Below, one piece after another: positions 1-7,048 of a DNA stretch of 33,278 nt; the first letter of the stretch is position 1; the number at the start of each line of letters is the position of its first letter. The position numbers and the translations under genes were made by a program. Below the pieces are notes generated by a model. It searched no databases. It was not told the origin of the DNA and saw only the letters and a list, made by a program, of their open reading frames with translations. The stretch is from a virus (lineage: Duplodnaviria; Caudoviricetes). Where the stretch lies: positions 1-33,278 of IMG/VR virus record IMGVR_UViG_3300005512_000176; one strand, 5' to 3'.

Positions 1-567
1 CATTCATCCGACACCGACTGGCGTGCAGAGCTTGCCGACCGGTTCAATCGTGCCGGCAATGGCGGTCAGACTACATGGTCTCGCATCCACCGCCGCCGGT
101 TCTCGACGCTGGGCGTGATCAGCCCCACGTCAATCGGTCAGATCGGGCGCGTATCCATTGTGGTTGACATCTCGTCATCAGTCAGCCGCGACATGCTCAA
201 TCAATTCATGATCGAGTCTGCGTCTCTGATCGACACGCTCCAGCCGCGTGACGGTGTTGTGGTTGCTTGGACTAACCACCGCTTCCACAGCTCCGATGAG
301 GTGTACTCCGGTGCAGACCTGCTCAACCTTGAGGCACCCTGCGGTGGTGGAACCTACATGACTGCCGGTGTCGAGTGGCTTGAGCAGAACGGTCTGGAGT
401 CTGACTTGATCATCGTTTTCACCGATGGCGAGATGGACGATTGCGACTGGCAGTCTCTCGCCCAGCGCGACAATCTGGTTGTCGTGCTCGACAGTGAGCC
501 GGTGCCCTACATTCGACGCATGATCGCCGAGTCCGGTGCTGATACCATCGTCGCTCAGGCGGCGTAA
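1..567 (+). CDS. VWA-like domain protein, DUF2201 type (5'-truncated by the window edge)
   Basis: Frame is open from base 1 (HSSDTDWRAELADRF...TWSRIHRRR). MIDAS motif VVDISSSV, then GGGT and IVFTDG. The DWRxxL...WSRxxRR segment is typical of DUF2201 proteins. Confidence 0.8.
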   Translation, partial: HSSDTDWRAELADRFNRAGNGGQTTWSRIHRRRFSTLGVISPTSIGQIGRVSIVVDISSSVSRDMLNQFMIESASLIDTLQPRDGVVVAWTNHRFHSSDEVYSGADLLNLEAPCGGGTYMTAGVEWLEQNGLESDLIIVFTDGEMDDCDWQSLAQRDNLVVVLDSEPVPYIRRMIAESGADTIVAQAA

Positions 568-572
568 TCCAC

Positions 573-597
573 GGGGGCCACGCGCCCCCTTATTTTT
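573..597 (+). terminator. Rho-independent terminator after the VWA gene
   Basis: Stem GGGGGC / loop CACGC / GCCCCC followed by TTATTTTT, 5 nt after the TAA stop. Confidence 0.7.
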
Positions 598-622
598 AAC
601 AAGTCCCAAGGGAGGGAAGGAG

Positions 623-886
623 ATGGCGATGAAAGATAAAGATTTTCCGCATGATGTCAGCAAAGAGGTTTTTGAAAAAGCGGTAGCCGATCAGAATCTT
701 GAGCTAAATCACGATGACGAGTTTGCTCAGTATTGGGTGGACTGGTCTACCGGACTGTCCATTGGGCGAGTAATCAAGCCGTATCAAGATGACCTCAAGT
801 CTAAGGCGCGGTACTCGCTGAGGTATGTGCATGCGCCCCCAGTACCCAACATTGTATTGCCAGCGCACGCAAGTGAACGCCGGTGA
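623..886 (+). CDS. Hypothetical protein (87 aa)
   Basis: ATG at 623 preceded by GGAGGGAAGGAG. The start is moved downstream of the track's 536, which lies upstream of the terminator. Confidence 0.6.
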   Translation: MAMKDKDFPHDVSKEVFEKAVADQNLELNHDDEFAQYWVDWSTGLSIGRVIKPYQDDLKSKARYSLRYVHAPPVPNIVLPAHASERR

Positions 887-936
887 AGCGAGGTATGCCG
901 GACATTTTTATTCTTAACAAGTTACGAGGTAAAAGT

Positions 937-1512
937 ATGAGCAAAGCTATCTGGCAGTTCTACCGGTCTGCCGTCCCTTCAGTGGTTGTGGATGACATTG
1001 TCGCCCTTGGGGAGTCTTTTGGGCCAGAGCCTGCCACCATAGGGCTGGGCGCTCAGCAGAGGGTGGTCAGTGAAACTCGCATCTCAGAGGTGAGCTGGAT
1101 CAAGCGAAACGACCCAAGATCTCGATTTGTATTTGACTTGTTATTTTATTACGCGCGCGAAGCAAATCGCAGTGCATTCAATGTTGATTTCAATTACTTG
1201 AATGACGTTCAGTACACCAAGTATTACGGGCACAACAAGGGGCACTACACCCCCCATGTTGATACGTTTTGGGCTAATGACTTTTCTGCTTACGACAGAA
1301 AGATCAGCGTCACAATACAGCTATCCGACGGCGCCGATTACGAAGGGGGAGACTTCACGTTTGTGGACGACCCTTCCCCCGACAAAGATGAGTTGCGCGA
1401 AAAAGGATCGGTGTTGGTTTTTCTGTCTCCGATTCGTCATGTTGTTCAACCGGTCACGCAAGGCGAGCGCCGCAGTTTGGTTGCTTGGTTTGAAGGGCCT
1501 AAATGGAGGTGA
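937..1512 (+). CDS. 2OG-Fe(II) oxygenase, PKHD/prolyl-4-hydroxylase-like
   Basis: HxD (HVD), RKISVTIQLS, DYEGGDF, distal His (RHVVQPVTQGERRSLVAW). RBS GAGGT before ATG 937. Confidence 0.9.
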   Translation: MSKAIWQFYRSAVPSVVVDDIVALGESFGPEPATIGLGAQQRVVSETRISEVSWIKRNDPRSRFVFDLLFYYAREANRSAFNVDFNYLNDVQYTKYYGHNKGHYTPHVDTFWANDFSAYDRKISVTIQLSDGADYEGGDFTFVDDPSPDKDELREKGSVLVFLSPIRHVVQPVTQGERRSLVAWFEGPKWR

Positions 1513-1518
1513 AATGTT

Positions 1519-1812
1519 ATGGGTAAGGTAATCGAATTGCACGACTTCAATCAAAAAGCCAAAAACCTGAAGAGCTTCAAGGCGGCATTTGAGAGGGGGT
1601 CTGAGCACGCCCTGAACCTAATTGATGCGCTACACGCAGAGAATCTCGACGAGTCTCACGAGGAGATAACCGGATCGCTGATCGGCGCTCTGCATATCAT
1701 CATGTGGTGCGCGATGGACTGCGCCCCAGACCGTGAACTCGCTCACATGCTTATCGCTGACGCCACCCGAATGGCTGAGGGGAAAGCAGATGATAGTAGC
1801 AAGGAGAGCTAA
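1519..1812 (+). CDS. Hypothetical helical protein
   Basis: Strong RBS GGAGGTGA. Follows the oxygenase closely. Confidence 0.7.
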   Translation: MGKVIELHDFNQKAKNLKSFKAAFERGSEHALNLIDALHAENLDESHEEITGSLIGALHIIMWCAMDCAPDRELAHMLIADATRMAEGKADDSSKES

Positions 1813-1826
1813 GCTGTAAAAATCCA

Positions 1827-1855
1827 TAGACGTAATCGTCATGGGGTGTTATCTT
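1827..1855 (+). promoter_or_regulatory. Putative sigma70 promoter
   Basis: TAGACG, 17-nt spacer, TATCTT, with an extended -10 TG at 1847-1848, in an intergenic gap. Confidence 0.45.
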
Positions 1856-1883
1856 CAAGTCGTGTTTGATTCAGGAGTATCAG

Positions 1884-2081
1884 ATGCGATCAGATCTTGT
1901 TTGTACGCGATGCGGATCTAGCCGTTTAGACATATTCAGTCCTGTCCATTGGGACATTGGGCGGCAGGTCTTTGTCGTGGATGAAGAATTTGTGCGTAAA
2001 CATGAGCACAGATGCGTGGCCTGCGAGAAGTGGATGCGGCCAGAATTAAAGCCAGTCACATCAGATGAGGAGTGGGCATGA
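1884..2081 (+). CDS. Small Zn-ribbon protein
   Basis: CTRC...CVAC pairs. RBS AGGAG before ATG 1884. ATGA overlap with the next gene. Confidence 0.65.
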   Translation: MRSDLVCTRCGSSRLDIFSPVHWDIGRQVFVVDEEFVRKHEHRCVACEKWMRPELKPVTSDEEWA

Positions 2082-2341
2082 TGTTATGTAGAGAATGTTT
2101 GGTGGCAAACGGCCACCACCCCAACTGCCCAAACACCGATGACATGCCAGATCAGGAGTTTGTGCTCTGGTTTAACGGTGGCCCACGGCAACATTTTTCA
2201 AGTGAGTTTGCCATGCGCCGAGCCGCAGACCAGTACGGGTTTAATGCGGACGACGTTTTGCGATTCGGTGAGGTTGACATGTTAGACAGTAACGGTGTCA
2301 TCGTCGGCGGTTGCTACGCTGAGGAGGATGCGTATGTCTAG
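2078..2341 (+). CDS. Hypothetical protein with N-terminal CxxC...HxxxC motif
   Basis: CREC...GHHPNCP. RBS GAGGAG. ATGA coupling to the upstream gene. Confidence 0.65.
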   Translation: MMLCRECLVANGHHPNCPNTDDMPDQEFVLWFNGGPRQHFSSEFAMRRAADQYGFNADDVLRFGEVDMLDSNGVIVGGCYAEEDAYV

Positions 2342-2570
2342 CCTCGACACCCAAGTGGGCGGCGACCACTACAAGCAGATGAAAATCCAGCCGCTGGAAT
2401 ATGCGCTGGAGAACGATCTGGGAGTCTGTGAGCACGCCGTCATCAAATATATAACCCGATGGAAATACAAGCATGCCGATGGCGTGGAAGACCTGAGGAA
2501 GGCTCGCCACTATCTCGACATACTGATTGAGCGAGAGGTCGCCCAAGGAGGTCAAAATGGAAGCAAGTGA
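2334..2570 (+). CDS. DUF3310 family protein (T7 gp1.7-like putative nucleotide kinase)
   Basis: QVGGDHYK...IQP...IKYITRW...GVEDLRKARHYL signature. RBS GAGGAGG. Confidence 0.85.
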   Translation: MSSLDTQVGGDHYKQMKIQPLEYALENDLGVCEHAVIKYITRWKYKHADGVEDLRKARHYLDILIEREVAQGGQNGSK

Positions 2571-2745
2571 ACCGCGAAACCAAAAGGCCAGAGAAGCGCT
2601 CACCGTTTTGCTTGCCACAATCTTGTTTTTAACCGCGTCATCACTCGACTATGAGGATGCCGTTGCTGATGCACAGTTTTACTGTGAACAAGTTAAGGCC
2701 AAATCATGGCCTGATTTCAAACCTGAAACGAACTGCGAGGAGTAG
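2557..2745 (+). CDS. Small membrane/secreted protein
   Basis: RBS AGGAGG. Hydrophobic segment ALTVLLATILFLTAS. Two Cys in the C-terminal part. Confidence 0.6.
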   Translation: MEASEPRNQKAREALTVLLATILFLTASSLDYEDAVADAQFYCEQVKAKSWPDFKPETNCEE

Positions 2746-2749
2746 TGAC

Positions 2750-3103
2750 ATGAGTACCACAAACAAAAGATGGTCAAAAACAGAGGATGATGTGCTCGCT
2801 CAGGGCATAAAAGAAAACACGTCCTACCTGAATATCGCCAACACATTGGGCCGCACTGAGAAATCAGTGCAGATGCGTGCGTTTGTGCTCAGGAAAAAAT
2901 CCCAGCGTTTCGCCAAGTACAGGCCGGCAAAGAAAGCCGCCCCGAAACAGCAGGAAAAACCGGTTATCAAACACCAGTATGTTCTGCCTGACATGACCCA
3001 GATTGCGAGCCAATATGACCGCTTATTTCTAGCCGCAGTCATATCCGCAATGTGCTCGTTCTCCACGATGGTAATGTTTGCCATCGCGGTATTGGCGTCC
3101 TGA
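2750..3103 (+). CDS. Myb/SANT-like HTH protein with C-terminal transmembrane helix
   Basis: RWSKTEDDVL...IANTLGRTEKSVQMR. C-terminal hydrophobic run LFLAAVISAMCSFSTMVMFAIAVLA. RBS GAGGAG. Confidence 0.7.
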   Translation: MSTTNKRWSKTEDDVLAQGIKENTSYLNIANTLGRTEKSVQMRAFVLRKKSQRFAKYRPAKKAAPKQQEKPVIKHQYVLPDMTQIASQYDRLFLAAVISAMCSFSTMVMFAIAVLAS

Positions 3104-3300
3104 TGGGCAACATCGGAGGTCGCCAGCATGCCCTCAGCAAAGAGCAGGTCGCAGAGGCCCTAGAGCTTTATGAGGAAGGCAACTATTGGTGGCAGATCGC
3201 CATCATGATGAGGGTGAGTCAATCCACCCTCATGCGCTACATCCGCAATGCGGAGAAATATGGCTATTCGTTTTGGACTAGCTATCCGAGAGAAGATTAG
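3103..3300 (+). CDS. Resolvase(Hin)-type HTH DNA-binding protein
   Basis: GGRQHALSKEQV...WQIAIMMRVSQSTLMRYI. TGATG overlap with the previous stop. Confidence 0.7.
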   Translation: MGNIGGRQHALSKEQVAEALELYEEGNYWWQIAIMMRVSQSTLMRYIRNAEKYGYSFWTSYPRED

Positions 3301-3391
3301 TGGTATAGTAATTCAGGCCCCATCACTCCCTCCGCGAGCGGCGGCGTGGTTAGATGGTATTTCGGGGGGCCGACTCATGACCGAGATATCC

Positions 3392-3652
3392 TCAACCGCC
3401 GCACCATTTCTTTGTCACCCACTCGCGGTGCCAGCTTGCCTTGTCATAAAGGGACAGCCTGCGACTTTCATCGCTGTTGTGATCAATCACAGTTCTGATC
3501 TTTTCCTCTTGCAGGGCGTATACCAAAACCGCCCTCGCCCTCAGCTTACTTACCCCCAAAAACTCCTCAACGTCTTCGATAGTGAAGCTAACTGTCGGTA
3601 TCTTCAACAAGTCATGTATAAGATCCGGAGCGTTTTTGTTTTCATTTTCCAC
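3392..3652 (-). CDS. Hypothetical protein, possible winged HTH
   Basis: FTIEDVEEFLGVSKLRARAVL pattern. Overlaps the upstream gene's end. RBS GAGG. Confidence 0.6.
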   Translation of the reverse strand: MENENKNAPDLIHDLLKIPTVSFTIEDVEEFLGVSKLRARAVLVYALQEEKIRTVIDHNSDESRRLSLYDKASWHREWVTKKWCGG

Positions 3653-4121
3653 GCAAGTGCCTCACCGGATTCCTCCCCCCTGCCATCCTTCTTTCAGCGA
3701 CCCAAGACAGACCCTCCTTGAGCGCCTTCAGCTTCTTGGGATCCTGAGATATATCCCAGCCGTGGATAATCACCTCCTCCACTAGATACTTGTGATATGG
3801 CCCGTAGCGATCCGAGATCAGCTTCATGGTGCGCCCAAACCGCATCAGACTGTCATTGGCCATAGGATCTTCAGCACGCTTCCCTCCTGTGCTCGCCTCA
3901 AACCTAAGTGGTCTCACATACATCCCCGCCTGCGCGCTCTGGCTGAGAATATATTCTCCAGCCTGATGCTCTTGTAATGTCAAAATCCCATCAATCAGAT
4001 ACCTGTCGATCAGCGTCTGATCCATCACCTTGGCGCGGGGCATCTTGCCGCCCTCCACCATCACGCTGTGGCGCTTGTGAATCTCGCTGGTACCAAGGTC
4101 TGTATGTAACTTGTCAGACAT
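3642..4121 (-). CDS. Hypothetical phage protein (159 aa)
   Basis: Long ORF. ATG 4121 chosen because it overlaps the stop of an upstream 38-aa ORF (ATGTCTGA). Confidence 0.7.
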   Translation of the reverse strand: MSDKLHTDLGTSEIHKRHSVMVEGGKMPRAKVMDQTLIDRYLIDGILTLQEHQAGEYILSQSAQAGMYVRPLRFEASTGGKRAEDPMANDSLMRFGRTMKLISDRYGPYHKYLVEEVIIHGWDISQDPKKLKALKEGLSWVAERRMAGGRNPVRHLRGK

Positions 4122-4230
4122 AATAGAATTGTCCCCGGATAGCGTTTCCTGAGTGAGTATCGACACCAACGGCAACGTAGGGATTGGAACGCTGTTTCTT
4201 ACCTATTCCTAACAAGTCATCAGAACTCAT
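4114..4230 (-). CDS. 38-aa microprotein, not in the ORF track (MSSDDLLGIGKKQRSNPYVAVGVDTHSGNAIRGQFYYV)
   Basis: GGAGG 6 nt upstream of the ATG. Exactly bridges the primase-helicase stop and the next start. Confidence 0.5.
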   Translation of the reverse strand: MSSDDLLGIGKKQRSNPYVAVGVDTHSGNAIRGQFYYV

Positions 4231-5959
4231 CGAAGTCCTCCCAGCTCCGGCTCACCCCCTTTAAGGAGCTTAAATTGACTGCCGGCTCGGGCGGATTAAA
4301 TCCTTCATACCTACCGTTTGACAAATTATATGTAAGGCAGGCCATACCTTGCTGGCCAACCCACTTAAACCTCGACTTCCAGCAGTGAATTTCGACACAG
4401 TCTTCTGCACGATGCACAGTGATGCCCAGATCTGCCTTGGCAAACCATGCCGCAGATCCAGAGATATTCATCCCCTTGGGTACGGCGTAGGTGCCATCTT
4501 CTTTCGGGTACATTTTCTGCGGGTGAGCGACAAACCAGACATGGATGCCGTGGGCCTTGGCAAATGAAGTGATCTTACTGAGCATATAGCTGATCCCAGA
4601 ATGCTCCTCTGCACCGGTCTGTTCTATGTAGTTATACGGGTCAATGACGAGACCTCTCACTCCAAGCCGCATCACTGCCTGCTTGGTTCTGTCGATCACG
4701 CTTTCAATGGTGCTCATGCCGCCGTCCTTGGATTCAAGGAAGACGAAGTGATCATTAATGAACTCGACTGCATCAGCGAGATCTTCCTCGGTCATTCTGG
4801 GGCCAAGGCCATCATAGAATGGCTTGCCCGTCACTTTCTCTGCCAGCTTGGCGATGTGCATGTGGGGCGGGTTCTCAAACGAACACACCGCAAACTTCCA
4901 TGACTCCCGCTGAGCAAGATTCACCATGATCTGATCTATAAACTCAGACTTACCCGAACTGGGCATGCCTGTCACGATGGATAGCTGTCCCTCGGCTATT
5001 GTGAACAAGTCATCTATAGCAGGCATCCCCGTGGAAGCACCCCGACCGTGCCCATTAGCATAAATCTCACGCACGTCATCAAAATAATCCACTGCACCAT
5101 ACACCCCAGAAAGAGGAACCGGCTCAGGGTTATCGAATAGATTCTGGGTTTCTTCTGCGCCAAGACGCTGTACCGCATCATTCCCGTCCTTGATTTCCTC
5201 CGGAAACTTAACTCGCCAGCACTTAGCTCGACCTACCCGACGCGCTATCTCCTCTGCAAGCGCCTCGCCAGCCTGATCGTTGTCAGTCGCCAGAACAATC
5301 TTTTTGCATCGCTCCAGACGCTCACGCTCCTCCCAGATGTAAGAGAATTTATTATCTTCCTCCGGAGAGACCCGATTTTGGCTTACCTTCGCCGGCGCCC
5401 CATTCGGGCATGACACGGCTCTAATTCCGACGCTCGCCAAGGCAATAACATCACACTCGCCCTCGACTATCGTTAAATCCTCGTCGCTATCTTCCACGTT
5501 TTCGATGCCGTAGAAAGATCGGGGCGCCCCATCACAGGAAAATGCCTTCCCGTCAACGGATCGCCACTTGATTGCGGTGGGGTTTTCCCGTGGGCCATAA
5601 ATGAATCCGACTGCTTCCTTCATTTCGCCGTGGAAATGTCGGGTTCCGGTAGTCATTGCTGGCAAGTTGTCAAGAGTATCAAGATGTACGCCGCGCCCCT
5701 CAAAAAATCCCTTGATAAGATCGACGTTGTAATTTAATTGCGTGGGTATCCTGACAACCTTCTCCATGTGAGCCTCGTAAAATTTGCGCCGCTTTACCGC
5801 ACCGGACAGGCCACAGTGGTGGCAGTGGTACAGTGAGTGGTCTGGTTTAATTGTGATTGAAAGTGTTTTTTGGTTCTTTTTTTTGCGTTGATCGCCGCAC
5901 TCTGGACACTTGACCCTTGAGTCACTTTGGTGCCCCAGCACATACTCGTCCAAACTCAT
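4220..5959 (-). CDS. Bifunctional primase-helicase, T7 gp4/Twinkle type
   Basis: Zn finger CPEC...CHHC. TOPRIM motifs IVEGECD, LATDND, KDGND. SF4 helicase Walker A GMPSSGKS, then IDPYN and FVAHP. Confidence 0.95.
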   Translation of the reverse strand: MSLDEYVLGHQSDSRVKCPECGDQRKKKNQKTLSITIKPDHSLYHCHHCGLSGAVKRRKFYEAHMEKVVRIPTQLNYNVDLIKGFFEGRGVHLDTLDNLPAMTTGTRHFHGEMKEAVGFIYGPRENPTAIKWRSVDGKAFSCDGAPRSFYGIENVEDSDEDLTIVEGECDVIALASVGIRAVSCPNGAPAKVSQNRVSPEEDNKFSYIWEERERLERCKKIVLATDNDQAGEALAEEIARRVGRAKCWRVKFPEEIKDGNDAVQRLGAEETQNLFDNPEPVPLSGVYGAVDYFDDVREIYANGHGRGASTGMPAIDDLFTIAEGQLSIVTGMPSSGKSEFIDQIMVNLAQRESWKFAVCSFENPPHMHIAKLAEKVTGKPFYDGLGPRMTEEDLADAVEFINDHFVFLESKDGGMSTIESVIDRTKQAVMRLGVRGLVIDPYNYIEQTGAEEHSGISYMLSKITSFAKAHGIHVWFVAHPQKMYPKEDGTYAVPKGMNISGSAAWFAKADLGITVHRAEDCVEIHCWKSRFKWVGQQGMACLTYNLSNGRYEGFNPPEPAVNLSSLKGVSRSWEDFDEF

Positions 5960-6000
5960 AGCACTTGCCTACCCCCTATTTTTGTGATATTGGTAGACTC

Positions 6001-6103
6001 TAGTACTGTCCTAGACTAGGAAAGAAACAGCTTAGTTCATTACTATTTTTAACAATTAGTAATGTCCTAGACTAGAACAGTCCTAGATGAAACACTCCTA
6101 AAG
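6001..6103. repeat. CTAG-rich direct repeats flanking an AT-rich segment; candidate replication origin
   Basis: TAGTACTGTCCTAGACTAG (6001-6019) and TAGTAATGTCCTAGACTAG (6057-6075), with degenerate copies at 6073-6088 and about 6088-6103. Confidence 0.6.
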
Positions 6104-6112
6104 TCCAAACTC

Positions 6113-6139
6113 AGCCCCCGCCACAGGGGGCTTTTTTTT
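6113..6139 (+). terminator. Rho-independent terminator, antisense to the flanking genes
   Basis: AGCCCCC-GCCACA-GGGGGCT followed by a T7 run on the + strand. Confidence 0.7.
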
Positions 6140-6380
6140 ACCGCAATTCCTCCATCACCATCCTCGCCACTACCTGCTGTTCAGTCTGGCTGAGCAGGAG
6201 CATTTCGTCGAGGGCGTCTTGGAGGCCCACCGGATAACCGGCAATTTCGCAATGGGAAAGAAAGGCGGGGGACTGCAAATACCTGATGGCGTCCGCTTTT
6301 TCTTGAGGCTGGGGGCCGATCAAGTCGCGGATTGCTTGGAAGATTACCTTCCCATAAACCATCTTATAGGTGTCTGACAT
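6138..6380 (-). CDS. Hypothetical protein
   Basis: ORF overlapping the end of the RusA-like gene. Probable start MSDTYK at 6380. Confidence 0.6.
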   Translation of the reverse strand: MSDTYKMVYGKVIFQAIRDLIGPQPQEKADAIRYLQSPAFLSHCEIAGYPVGLQDALDEMLLLSQTEQQVVARMVMEELR

Positions 6381-6717
6381 GTATTTCTGCCCGAGGGTTT
6401 TCCTTGTCAACCCCGCCCCAATAGATATGCTTTTCTTTCACCTGACGATCATTCTTATACACCAGTCCCTGCAAGCAGTCCAGTATTAACGACTCGTCGA
6501 GGTCCGGACGGCGACTGGCGTAAAAGATTTTGATGTCTACGGCAACGTCCTCAGTGAATGGCTCATCAAGCTGTGGGCATTGCTGACTAAAAGACTTGAC
6601 ATAGTCCAGTGCTTTTTGTGATTTGATGAACAGCGGGCGCCCACTTTTACTCTTGACAAGCCTACGACTATTTGCCTTGCTACACGGCTCCCCAGTTACA
6701 ACAATACTTATTGACAT
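6364..6717 (-). CDS. rusA: RusA-like Holliday junction resolvase
   Basis: GEPCSKANSRR...RRPDLD...ILDCLQGLVYKNDRQV...DKENPRAEI. Confidence 0.85.
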   Translation of the reverse strand: MSISIVVTGEPCSKANSRRLVKSKSGRPLFIKSQKALDYVKSFSQQCPQLDEPFTEDVAVDIKIFYASRRPDLDESLILDCLQGLVYKNDRQVKEKHIYWGGVDKENPRAEIHVRHL

Positions 6718-6738
6718 AGCTACAGCCCGTCATATAAT
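6711..6738 (+). promoter_or_regulatory. Consensus sigma70 promoter for the recombination operon
   Basis: TTGACA (6711-6716), 16-nt spacer, TATAAT (6733-6738). Confidence 0.8.
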
Positions 6739-6769
6739 TAAGTCCGAACATTAGCAGGGAGGTTCGATC

Positions 6770-7048
6770 ATGAGCAAGATGGGCCGTTATGTTTATCGAC
6801 TGCAAGAGGAGAACGAGCAGTATGACAACTATCCAGATAGAGAAGGGTGTACCGATGCCGAATCGCACCCACTTGCCAGAGTTACCATTTACGGCGATGG
6901 AGATAGGGGACTCCTTCGTGGCGCCCGTACTTTCGAGCGACGCCAGATCAATCCAAGCTCTCAGGCAGAGAGTGACCCGCTTTCAGAAACAGAACCCACC
7001 GAAGAAGTTCAGCGTCGTTCAGGACGGCGAACAGATGAGGGTGTTTAG
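6770..7048 (+). CDS. Hypothetical protein overlapping the next ORF in another frame
   Basis: First ATG after the promoter, with RBS GGAGG. The C-terminal three quarters overlap 6822-7058. Confidence 0.45.
   Translation: MSKMGRYVYRLQEENEQYDNYPDREGCTDAESHPLARVTIYGDGDRGLLRGARTFERRQINPSSQAESDPLSETEPTEEVQRRSGRRTDEGV

Noticed and set aside
3103-3300. Transposase or resolvase indicating a mobile element
   Set aside because: HTH only. No catalytic domain or terminal repeats.
3248-3977. Plus-strand ORFs 3248-3721, 3582-3785 and 3792-3977
   Set aside because: Antisense to a tightly coupled minus-strand operon, with no RBS or recognisable motifs.
6001-6075. Mini CRISPR array (repeat, 37 nt, repeat)
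   Set aside because: Repeats are only 19 bp and continue as a degenerate 16-bp tandem period, and there is no cas operon. An origin explains them better.
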